Of a stretch of 44,917 nucleotides of DNA, positions 10,125 to 20,711 are shown in pieces; the first letter of the stretch is position 1, and every line of letters starts with the position of its first letter. The position numbers and the translations under genes are program-made. The notes below the pieces were generated by a model. It was given only the letters and a program-made list of their open reading frames with translations. It made no database searches and had not been told where the DNA came from. Source of the DNA: Folioceros fuciformis (Eukaryota). Where the stretch lies: contig JBNGIO010005642.1 in NCBI GenBank assembly GCA_049999805.1, forward strand, positions 1-44,917, in the 5' to 3' direction.

Positions 10125-12291
10125 GATCTTGATCAGTACCGGCATAGAAAATATTTATATAGGGTTTTTGTGCATTATGAGCGAAATATAAGTAACAAGA
10201 AGCCACGGACACATTGGGCAAGTTACTCTCGCGGGGTGATATTCCCTGCAAGAGATACGAGATACGAGATACGCCATGCTGAATCGGACAGATAGGGCAC
10301 GTGTGCTCGACAAACGCAACATCAGCGCTGGAGCCTGGAGACTACAGATGGTACGGCCAACTCAGCTGTCCGATTTGGCCTCCTTGGCTCAGATTTTCCC
10401 TGCTGTAAATAAAGATTCGATCCTATCTCTACTTCCCTTCCTTGAATGCGCCGGAAAAGCTAGCTCTCCGCCAACACATTTCTGATTCCATGACTCTGTA
10501 TCAGCAGCAAGGCAAGGACGTCTCGAAGGCAAGGTATCGCACTCCCCCCGCGTTGGAGCTTGGGTCGCTCATTCGAGCTTCACGACATCCTGGAATTCCA
10601 CAGACCACACGCATTCGAGTAGGGCAGGACCATACCCCCTGACAGCACGAAAGAAGGTAACATCGGAAGCGTTTCACGGTGTGACTTGAGCCAATCTCAT
10701 ACTCATCCCTTCTGAATCAGCTCAATCAAAGTGTTACAGGGGCCCGAAAAGCGTGGAGTTCCACGAACCTAGATGCCGAGGAGGCAGAATTGCAGACACG
10801 GTAAGCGCTTGACGCTACGACTTGAGCCAGTGTCGATCACCACTCTTCGCATCCCGTCGGAATCTTATAGGGCCTCACAAAGCCATGGAGTTCCACAAAC
10901 CTAGATCCCGACGCGGCAAAAAGTTAGAACATCCAAATGTTGCAGATGCTGTTTCTTGAGCGTAACATGTACCTTGGTGACACTTTCCAGGGCACGGGCA
11001 TTTGACTACTGGTCCGAGCTCCTTTCCAAAATCTTCTTGACTCCAGCCTGTAACGGATAATCTCGATGATCTTCAGCGAGCTCTCGGTAAAGACTTGAAA
11101 AAAAAACCAGTCAAGGCCCTGGCAGGATGAGAGGAGACATGCCGGGGGCTGCGCCGCAGCTGCTACTAGCCGCCCTGCGCCTCTGCACCATCTCTCCCAC
11201 CGACCTACGTATCCTGCGTGTCACCACCTCGATCTGCGGGTGAGGAACGACGAACATGTCATGCCAGCAGCCAGCCCTGTCAGGGTGTCCAACGGCTGTC
11301 ACGGGAAGCCCGGGCAAGGTATACCGTGAGAAAATTACCCAGGCGGTCGGCGACCGCCGGTCGGGGCCCGGGTTAGGGCAGGCGAGACGGTTACTTAAAG
11401 TCGCCGACCACAATGCTGGTCAGTGCGGTGAGAAGGGGAGGCCGACCATCTGCTACTGGTGCGTGGCTCTCCCCTTCCATGCGCCTTCTCTGCTGTCGCC
11501 ACCTCTGTGGCCTTCCTGCTCCGGCGCCCGCTGCTTCTGCTTCTCCTCTCCGCTCCAGGTACTGTGCACCTGGTCCTCTGCCCATCAGCCTGACCTGTCG
11601 TCCATGAATAATTCCGCGCTCTCTGGGTGGAGAGTTGGAGAATAGCCACGTGAAACACGGCACTGGCTGCTCTGTGTGTGGCCCAATTTGTTGCGTCTGC
11701 AGGGAAAGACAATTGCCAAGGTCTTGCAGCTCCGCTGATAGCCGCAGGCAGGTAGTGTCGCTACTGGTTCTGGAACTCGGCGGCTGCTTCTTGCTTTGTA
11801 GCTGTGAGCGGGAAGGGAATTCTTGCCTTGCTAATCGTTGTAGCAGGTGTGAGGGTCGGGGAGCTTTGATCGATCACGAGGGTGTTGTACGCTTGCGCAA
11901 GGAAGAAAGCATACACACGAGAATTGCGTCATGATTTGAAGGACAGTCGGATGCCCGATTGTTGAGTTTGTTGGAGCTCCTTGTTGCATTGCCTTGCTAG
12001 CGTGTGAGGACTCACTGGCTCTGCGTCTGAAACTCGTGCGCCGTGCACGGGATTTTTTGTCTGTGCTGATAGTCGCATCCTCTGTTGTGACCGCTGGTCC
12101 GGTTCGGGTGCTTGCTGACGCTGCGATGGGACCTGACATTCGTGATCATGATATTTGTTTAATGTTTTCGGATGTCACTTGCTGTCGGATTTGTTGCCGC
12201 CGTGGTGGTTTATTTGCACAGGGCGGGAACTGAATCGCGTTCTGCTGTGCAGGAGATCTCTACTTGGTGTTTGGTAGCGGAATTGTGAGAG

Positions 12292-13641
12292 ATGGAGGCC
12301 GCACAAGCGTATGTCAAGCGGTCTCGCTTTGAGGATTATCAGGAAGACGGGGATGCGAATGCTCCACTGTCGAAGCGCAGTCGTGTTCGAGGATTGCATG
12401 TTGATCCGCTCGAAGACCTCGCGCTTTTACGGCATGAGTTCGGGGAGCATGGAGGGGTGAATATGTCTATTGAGGCTTCCGCAACTTTCACGGTCATGGA
12501 GCCTGAGACCATGGGGAAGTTGTTTTCTGGGGAGCTGGGACCCGAACGGGATTTTTACATCTACAGCCGCCATTTCAATCCTACGGTGCTCAATCTCAGC
12601 AGGCAGATGGCAGCCATGGAGGGTACCCAGTCCGCCTATTGCACAGCGAGTGGTATGTCAGCTATCTCCGCAGCTCTTCTCCAGCTGTGCAGCACCGGAG
12701 ATCACATTGTCGCATCCAGCCGGCTGTATGGAGGAACATACGCTCTTCTTGCTGAGTTCCTGCCTCGTGTTTCTGGGATTACCACCACTTTCGTAGACAT
12801 TGAGCACCCGGAGAAGGTGCGAGCGGCATTTCAGTCATCAACCAAGGTGCTTTACTTTGAGTCTGTGTCCAATCCGACTCTTGTGGTGGCAGATATTGCT
12901 AAGCTTGCATCTATCGGGCATGAGAAAGGTGTAAAGGTAGTGGTTGATAACACCTTTGCCCCTCTGCTCATCTCTCCAGCCCGCTTAGGGGCAGACATTG
13001 TTGTCCACAGCATCTCCAAGTACATCAGCGGTGGCAGTGACATCATTGCTGGGGCGGTGTGCGGCTCCCAGGAATTTGTGAATTCCATGATGGGTCTGCA
13101 GCAAGGCACGCTCATGCTTCTTGGGCCTACAATGTATCCTGTTGTGGCCTTCCACATATCCAGTCGGCTGCCTCATCTTGGTCTTCGTATGAAGGAGCAC
13201 TGTGCGAGAGCATTGTCATTCGCAAGGAGGCTGAGAAAGCTTGGCTTGAAGATTATCTACCCCGGACTTGAAGATCATCCCCAGCACGAGCTTTTCAAGA
13301 GTATGCTAAATGAGGGGTATGGCTTCGGAGGAATGCTATGCGTAGATTTGGAGACAACTGAGCGTGCCAACAACTTCATGCGCCGTTTGCAGAATGATTC
13401 CAAATTTGGCCTTATGGCTGTGAGTTTGGGTTACTACGAGACTTTGATGTCTTGCTCAGGCTCGAGCACTGCCAGTGAGATGCCGAAGACGGAGCAGGAG
13501 AAGACGGGAATCTCTCCCGGTCTTGTGCGGATGTCCGTTGGATTCACTGGTTCCCTGGAGCAGAGATGGGAGCAGCTTCTGGATGCTTTGGTTGCCTTGA
13601 AGCTTGTGAGGGAAGGGGCAAAGCTCCAGTCCTTGATGTAG
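12292..13641 (+). CDS. MGL: Methionine gamma-lyase (PLP-dependent Cys/Met metabolism family), intronless CDS
   Basis: HEFGEHGGVNMSIEASATFTVME, YIYSRHFNPT, TASGMSAIS, VVDNTF, PLP lysine motif HSISKYISG and GLVRMSVG are characteristic of plant MGL. Confidence 0.93.
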   Translation: MEAAQAYVKRSRFEDYQEDGDANAPLSKRSRVRGLHVDPLEDLALLRHEFGEHGGVNMSIEASATFTVMEPETMGKLFSGELGPERDFYIYSRHFNPTVLNLSRQMAAMEGTQSAYCTASGMSAISAALLQLCSTGDHIVASSRLYGGTYALLAEFLPRVSGITTTFVDIEHPEKVRAAFQSSTKVLYFESVSNPTLVVADIAKLASIGHEKGVKVVVDNTFAPLLISPARLGADIVVHSISKYISGGSDIIAGAVCGSQEFVNSMMGLQQGTLMLLGPTMYPVVAFHISSRLPHLGLRMKEHCARALSFARRLRKLGLKIIYPGLEDHPQHELFKSMLNEGYGFGGMLCVDLETTERANNFMRRLQNDSKFGLMAVSLGYYETLMSCSGSSTASEMPKTEQEKTGISPGLVRMSVGFTGSLEQRWEQLLDALVALKLVREGAKLQSLM

Positions 13642-13940
13642 CCATCGTGACTTCACACCCAAGTGTGGGATCACATCTCTGAGTCGCTCTGCTGTTACAC
13701 ATTCAAGCAGCTCGTTGTAATGTTCATAGCTTGAATACTTTGACAAACTTAAAGTCTCGTTACTTTTGTACATAGTATTTTCTATGACCGTATGTCACTG
13801 CAAGGTTAAGCATGAAGCTTTTGAATTTTTACATACTTAAAACAAAGTATTAGGTGTTAGGCCTTCATCCCAAATCTCAATAACAAGGTTCAAACTAGCA
13901 CTCCTCTCCCTCTTCCTTGGAGGTGGGGTAAGCCACTAAG

Positions 13941-14810
13941 CTAAAAGAAAACAATAGATAAATTACACAACTAAAAGCAAACACCAAACATATCACACAA
14001 CTGAAAGCAAACAATAGACAAACCACACAGCTAAAAACAAACACCGGACAAACCACTTGGATAAAAACAAATAGTAGACAAATCACACAACTAAAAGCAA
14101 ACACCAAACAAACGACATAGCTAAAAGCAAACAGCAAACACCAGACAAACCACTCAGCTAAAAGCAAACACCAAGCAAACACCAGACAAACCACTCAGCT
14201 AAAAGCAAACACCAAGCAAACACCAGACAAACCACTCAGCNNNNNNNNNNNNNNNNNNNNNNNNNNNNNNNNNNNNNNNNNNNNNNNNNNNNNNNNNNNN
14301 NNNNNNNNNNNNNNNNNNNNNNNNNNNNNNNNNNNNNNNNNNNNNNNNNNNNNNNNNNNNNNNNNNNNNNNNNNNNNNNNNNNNNNNNNNNNNNNNNNNN
14401 NNNNNNNNNNNNNNNNNNNNNNNNNNNNNNNNNNNNNNNNNNNNNNNNNNNNNNNNNNNNNNNNNNNNNNNNNNNNNNNNNNNNNNNNNNNNNNNNNNNN
14501 NNNNNNNNNNNNNNNNNNNNNNNNNNNNNNNNNNNNNNNNNNNNNNNNNNNNNNNNNNNNNNNNNNNNNNNNNNNNNNNNNNNNNNNNNNNNNNNNNNNN
14601 NNNNNNNNNNNNNNNNNNNNNNNNNNNNNNNNNNNNNNNNCAAACACCAAGCAAACACCAGACAAACCACTCAGCTAAAAGCAAACACCAAGCAAACACC
14701 AGACAAACCACTCAGCTAAAAGCAAACACCAAGCAAACACCAGACAAACCACTCAGCTAAAAGCAAACACCAAGCAAACACCAGACAAACCACTCAGCTA
14801 AAAGCAAACA
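13941..14810. repeat. Tandem array: ~6 diverged 30-bp units grading into homogeneous 41-bp units; spans the 400-N assembly gap (14241-14640)
   Basis: CTAAAAGCAAACACCAAACA...-type 30-mers from 13941. CAGCTAAAAGCAAACACCAAGCAAACACCAGACAAACCACT 41-mers on both sides of the gap. Confidence 0.95.
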
Positions 14811-14854
14811 TAGGAAACCAATAGTAGGGCTAAAAGGACTCGCAATCAACACCA

Positions 14855-14995
14855 AGTCAACAAGGATTAGAAAGAATCCCCCATCTCCCTATTAGCAAGA
14901 CCGAGTCAACAAGGATTAGAAAGAATCCCCCATCTCCCGATTAGCAAGACCGAGTCAACAAGGATTAGACCGATCCCCCATCTCCCTATGAGCAA
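14855..14995. repeat. 49-bp tandem repeat x~3
   Basis: AGTCAACAAGGATTAGAAAGAATCCCCCATCTCCCTATTAGCAAGACCG-type unit at 14855, 14904 and 14953. Confidence 0.92.
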
Positions 14996-15139
14996 AAATA
15001 TATAACACAAGAGGAGGGTTAGAGAGAACTCACATCAACAAGAATATACAACATACTCCCCATCAACTCAACACGAAGGTCAGGGAGAGTTCCATATCTT
15101 CTACTAAGCTTTCTAAGAGCTTAACTCTCTCCCCCCACT

Positions 15140-15470
15140 TCACCTCCTCCACAAGAGTTCTCTAAGAGGGAACACACACTTCGGGTGCTTAGGCTCCTCT
15201 ACAAGAGTTCCCTCAAAGAGAGAGAACACAACTTAGACTCCTTCACAAGAACCCTTTCAAAAGGGAGAGAGCATAACTTAGGCTCCTTCACAAGAGCTCT
15301 TTCAAGAGAGAGAGAGAAAGAGCGAGCCCACCTTAAAGTACTCTTACACAAGAGCTCATAGACAAAGAGCACACCTAGAGTGCTTAGGCTCCTCCACAAG
15401 AGTTGTCTTAGAAAGAAAAAGAGAACACATTTTGGGTGCTTAGGCTTCGAGCTCACACCTTGGGTGCTAA
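15140..15470. repeat. Diverged ~45-50-bp repeats (CTTAGGCTCCTYCACAAGAG core); likely transposon-derived
   Basis: Core motif recurs about 6-7 times with variable spacing. Confidence 0.65.
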
Positions 15471-16279
15471 AATCGTCTAAGCACTAAAATGCTCTCCAAG
15501 AGGGAATATTTGCATGTTTCCTAGTCTAGACCCCTTTTTGCATTAAAACTCTACTTATTTTCTAAGTTAAACTTCAAGATTTAGAGCACTTTCAGCCTTC
15601 TTTTTGATTTGTATGATATTGGTGGTATACTAATACGAAAAATGTTTTCATATGAACCTGACTTTCAGATTGTAGACTCGTATCATAGCTATGTGTGACA
15701 TCTTTTATCACGGGAACATTATTTTGTGATACCGACGTGGACAGGAGTCGGGATGATAATAAATGGTGGTGGTTGAAATCAAAGCATTGCGATCGTCTCA
15801 GTAGGTTGTCTTCTCGTAATGCCCGTGTCGAGGCGTGTTACGCGCCCGCTGCTGGTAGAGTACAGAGTGCGAGGGGCCAAAGTGACTTGGCCTCAAGATT
15901 TACATAAAGAGACTATCGGCGTTGCGTTCCTGGGGACCCTGGCGTACGTCCAGATGTGGAGACCATTCACAGCAAACGAAGATCTGTTCATTAACTTTTT
16001 GAGTACATCCAAAAACTCCTCGCAATCACAAATCTCTTCTCATAGTCAATGTTCCCTTCGCGGCGAGAGTTCAAGTTTAACAGAGAATATACAAGCCCAA
16101 AAATTATTCAGCCCAAACATCATTCCTTTGTGGATGATCTTTCTTTTGTGGATGAACACGCGTCAAATCCGTGAACACAAGAAACCAGTACAAGAAGCAA
16201 CCGATTCCATTCCACACAAAAGTGATGCTGGCATGGACCAACCGAGCGTGAGCAGCGCAGTGAAGGTCACAACGAAGAA

Positions 16280-19219
16280 TCAGAGATGCAACCGCCACAC
16301 CCCTGCAGCTTCACGATTTGCCTTGAGTGCTGCCCTTGAGACATGTTCGAAACCCCACACCTGCGAGGGTCACATGCAGGTTACACCACCGCAACCACTT
16401 CCAAACACAACACGTCAAACAAAACACCAGTCCAGGTGTCCAGAAGAAAAGTACCTCCACATCTTTTGCCACGAATTCCTGAGAGTGTGCTAGACAGTAG
16501 CTCCCAAAAGTTTCGGATGGGCCACTAGTTCCGTTCAACCTTCAAAAGCGAAAAAAACAGAAAAAAAGAAAAGAATCAGAAGACCACATTACTATCAAAA
16601 TACCGTGAATTAACAAAAAAGATGATTTCATGATGCACTATCCAGCTTACAGCTCAGCATCAAGGGTCAATGCGAAATGCTTTGTGCCTCCTCCGAACGC
16701 CAAGGTCTGTCGCCCACAGAGGACATAATACGAGTTCACTCCTGCCGGGCACGGGCACAAAAATATAGGCTGTAAGTACATGGACACCTCATACCCACAA
16801 GTGTACACAACTAAGGGAATTTCAGGGGAGGAGAGACGAACCTGTGGGCCGAAAGATCTTCAGTTTACCAGATACATTTGTGAAAACGAACGAGCTGTTG
16901 GTGCCCTGCAGTACAAAACATAACTGCCATGACTAAGCACAACAAATATTAAACCAAACAACAAATCAAGCCGCTTCAGTCGGATGCGAACCTGATACTT
17001 GTCTTGTGAGACTTGAAAAGATGACGTGTGTAAACCTCCGAATACGGCACCTTCTCTATCACCTGTCACCTGGGAACAGAAGCCCGACCATGACTACAGC
17101 AATAACGCCCCATTGAAGACCAGAAGAACTCCAAACACAGACTCCAAACACAGACTCCAAACACAGACTCCAAACACAGACTCCAAACACAGCAAACGAT
17201 CTCGTACCAGTAAGCACGGACCATTGGAGCGTGCAGTTTTCCTGTATAGTGCTTGAAGAGACATGCCATCCCTTTGCGTGCTGGCAACACCACAAGTGAT
17301 AACCAAGTAAACAAAAATGTGCACAACACCAACAAACATGTCACTAGTGGATAAAGCCGAGATTGCACCATCCTGATAAACCAAATCCCGAGACTGACCT
17401 GTAGAGCAACACCCATTGGCGGCCTTGAGATACAAGAGGAAGAGCTTGGTGGATGAGGGACCGAAAGTCAGGAGCGAGGAGACATGAGGGTTCAGACATG
17501 GAAGGCAGCGGCTCCAACTGCGACAGCGCTGCATTCTTATTCTGGTCTGGACCTACAGTCATCGTCATGTCCTGTTCGGACACCAGTTGCCACTCACTTT
17601 CATCAATATCCTCAGCCACAATTCTACCTCTACTACCAGAATTTTCCACCACCTCCTTATTGGTCACATCCCCAGCCTTAGGGTTCTTAACCTTTGGTTT
17701 GGCTTTGGAGGTGGTAGCTTCAGGCGGTCCATCCCTTGCTTCATGGTAATCATCATGTAAAGCGGTGTCGTCTGAGGAGGTTACACCTGCCTGAGAGCAC
17801 GAGAGTAAGGACAATAGGAAGGCTGTCAATGAAGATGTATCAGGTCCATCACATCGCTGTTTTGAATCGGTCTCCTTTGCCGTACCATCCGCTGGCTTCT
17901 CCTGAACATTGCAGGGAATACATGACACCATTCTGTCAGGTTTCGCTATATTTCCTGAGTCATTCGTGCCCTTCCTCCGTCCATACGATATGGAGAAACA
18001 CATGAGGCGACCACAAGCCAAATGCATCATACTAAGAACTTCTCCACAAAAGAACATCAACAGACCAATACTCGCATATTTGTCCAGGCCTCCATAACAT
18101 CTGCACGCATCACTATCATTGTTCCAGAACACCCTCGAATTGCATAGGCTGCAAATGCGAAAATGTATTGTACCATAGCACAGAACAAATCCCCGTGGTT
18201 CACAAGATATTCAACAATCAAATACCAGCATACACGCACAGAACTAGATGGCCGAGGTACGGCTCCCACCATGCTCCACTCTAGTTCGACTCGCTAAACT
18301 CACTGACGAGACCAGATCCTCTGCATGGACCGTGCAATGAACCAAGCAGCAACTGGTGAAGGCACACGGTGCCCTAATTCACAGTCAAATGTTCCGAAGA
18401 CTGATTCAGGGTTACCCAAATTCGGAATCACTACTGGAAGTCAGGCCGGGAATATGCGGCTCAGACCACAACCGTAGCTTCCATGATACATCCAGTCAAG
18501 AGAGAACAGCGACCGTTGACACCCGAATCACGCCATACAGACACGAGACCTTTAACGCCCCTTCCAAAGACACGCACACGACATGGGAGCAAGAACGCCA
18601 CAGACACATCCACGGCCAAACCCTAGACAATAATTGGCTAACTACACCTCCCAGCTGGCTCGAGTTGCGAGGCTCCACCTTATCTAACTGAAAGAAAAAC
18701 CACTCCGATACTGGCACTCCCTGGACCGGACAACAATCCGCCCAATCCACCTCCTCAGCTACAATGCCAAAGGGTTGGACAGCTATCCCAGCTTCGTTAC
18801 AACACTCGGAAGAGAATGAAACTCACCCGCAGTGGCTCCTGCAGCGACACACGCCGTGTGCAACAGGTGACAACAACGAAGAACCAGCGCGCAAACATCG
18901 CCATGCGGATAACTTCGACGAATTACTTCCAACGCCCAACCCCCGAACACTACACAGCGCATTACCATGCAAGCGGAACAAAGGGCGAAACACCCAGCAG
19001 AAACAACGTACGCCAACCGGCCCCCAATACGACCAGGCAGCAGGCAGGCAGGCAACAAGGCAGACAGACGGATGGCAAATGTGCAAGATAGAAATTAACC
19101 TGAGCTTCTGAGTTATCCCGACTGGAGCGAGAAACGGACTTAGGGGACGGATCCAACAACAGGCGTTCCACGGTATCGACCCACCCCAGCCCACTCTTGA
19201 GCAGTCCCACCCTCATCAT
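16280..19219 (-). CDS. TLDc-domain oxidation-resistance (OXR) protein, ~8 exons
   Basis: Spliced exons give GPDTSSLTAFLLSLLS...SEPSCLL...LPLVSQGRQWVLLYS|TQRDGMSLQALYRK...|GDREGAVFGG...KYQ|GTNSSFVFT...|LAFGGG..FALTLDAEL|LNGTSGPSETFGS..L...|VWGF. First exon 19219-19100 is tentative, but its phase is consistent with the exon starting at 17901. Confidence 0.88.
17128..17192. repeat. 13-bp minisatellite x5 in a TLDc intron
   Basis: ACTCCAAACACAG repeated five times. Confidence 0.9.
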
Positions 19220-20711
19220 GCTCAAACAGTCGTTCCGGCAGTGGAAGACGTCAGTCAACCCAATCCTGTTAAAATCCTGCGCTTCCTGTCCTCCGGTACA
19301 CAACTCCTCATGAGATCGGTGTTTCCCCGAGACCCGGTGGATCAAGGTCCAAGAGCCTCTCACGCTTGCAATTCCAATTATCCACACATACCGTCCGTCC
19401 GTACGCAATTTGTAAATATAACTCTATCAATATCACGGCAGCCCGGGAAGAGCCCCGTATCAAATGCCGGCCTGCCCTGGCCCTCTCCAAAGGCCAAACC
19501 CCAATCCAGGATCACGTCCTCACTGTTGGCGGCGTCTTCATGCATCTACACACCGCATCGGCATCTGTATCTGCATCCGCTTCTCCCTCTGCTTGCTTGC
19601 TTGCTTTGATTTCTGGTTTGCTTGAGGCGCTGCAAATTCCTCCTTGCCCCGCGCCTGCTTCTGCGCTATGCTGTTGGCCAATCTGAACAGGAGATATGGC
19701 ACATGCAGCAGGAGGAGCCTCCCTGTCTTCCCGCCTGCCCTGCCCGTAAGGTAAAGTCGCGCTGCGGCCCCCGCTCCACCCCGACCCTCGCCTCCTCGAG
19801 CCTCTGTGTGGCGAGCCCACGCCTATCACCTCCCTAACCGGGGCCGCGGTCAAGCTAACCCAACGGCCAACCTGCATGACAGGTTCGAACTCGGTACGTG
19901 TCAGGAAGTGGCTGAGTGAAGCACTTTCACTGGCCAAGACTATCCCAGATCCTGGCTTCATCGACAGAGAAGGGGCAGGACAAACGGAATGTGGATGTCA
20001 CACAGGCTGACCCACACGGTTTTGTTCCAGAATCTATGTGACCAGGCAGAGAAGGTCCCACGCGGCAGTTCCGTAGACGGCCATGCGGGGAACGGAACCT
20101 ACGCAGACAGGACAGAGGCCTACAGGAGACAGCTGCAGGAAGTGATGTCTCTTACCATATTCGGCACCAACCTTGGCCGGAAGTCCCAGCTGTATAACAG
20201 GACAAGGAAGATCAAGCGAGAGGGACTGAGAACTGTGCGAGAGAGGCGGCTACGGTGGCACCATCGGCAACAGCAACAGCAACAGTCATGACACAGTAAA
20301 CGGAGACGGCGCACAGGACGAGTCATAGGACACTTGCCAGAGAAGCAAGCTGGTGGGTGCACAAACAGGATCGAGTGAGAAGAGAAGGACGGAAAGGCGA
20401 AGAAAGAAGACTACATTGAATACAACGAGGCTTTTCCACCGGTTACCACTCCCACCCACTCCCAGGTGTGACAGATATGCAGATAGATATGTACAAATGC
20501 CCTCCTCTGGCTAAACTGCATTCATTCTGCGCGCAAGGCTGCACATTCCAATCTGGGCCCATGTCCCTTTCATCGAGCTCCTCACAAGCTCTCGAGGGAC
20601 TTCCTACACCGAACAGAACGGAGACACCCGGTCGCCGATCTTCACTGCCTATAATTACGTAGCTGCTTTTGGATAACGTTACACCCGCTTCTTAAATACG
20701 ACAGCCCGGCA

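Noticed and set aside
10033-10702. 12-bp inverted match GTATGAGATTGG / CCAATCTCATAC flanking the tRNA
   Set aside because: Short, no extension or TSD, so insufficient for transposon TIRs.
10053-13641. Functional methionine cluster (tRNA-iMet next to methionine gamma-lyase)
   Set aside because: Pol III and Pol II genes ~2.2 kb apart with no visible shared element. Adjacency is compatible with chance unless synteny is conserved.
13895-14711. ORFs across the tandem array and N gap
   Set aside because: Artefacts of repeat periodicity and Ns.
15819-16493. 224-aa + strand ORF
   Set aside because: Antisense to the TLDc last exons and 3' UTR, with no recognisable domain.
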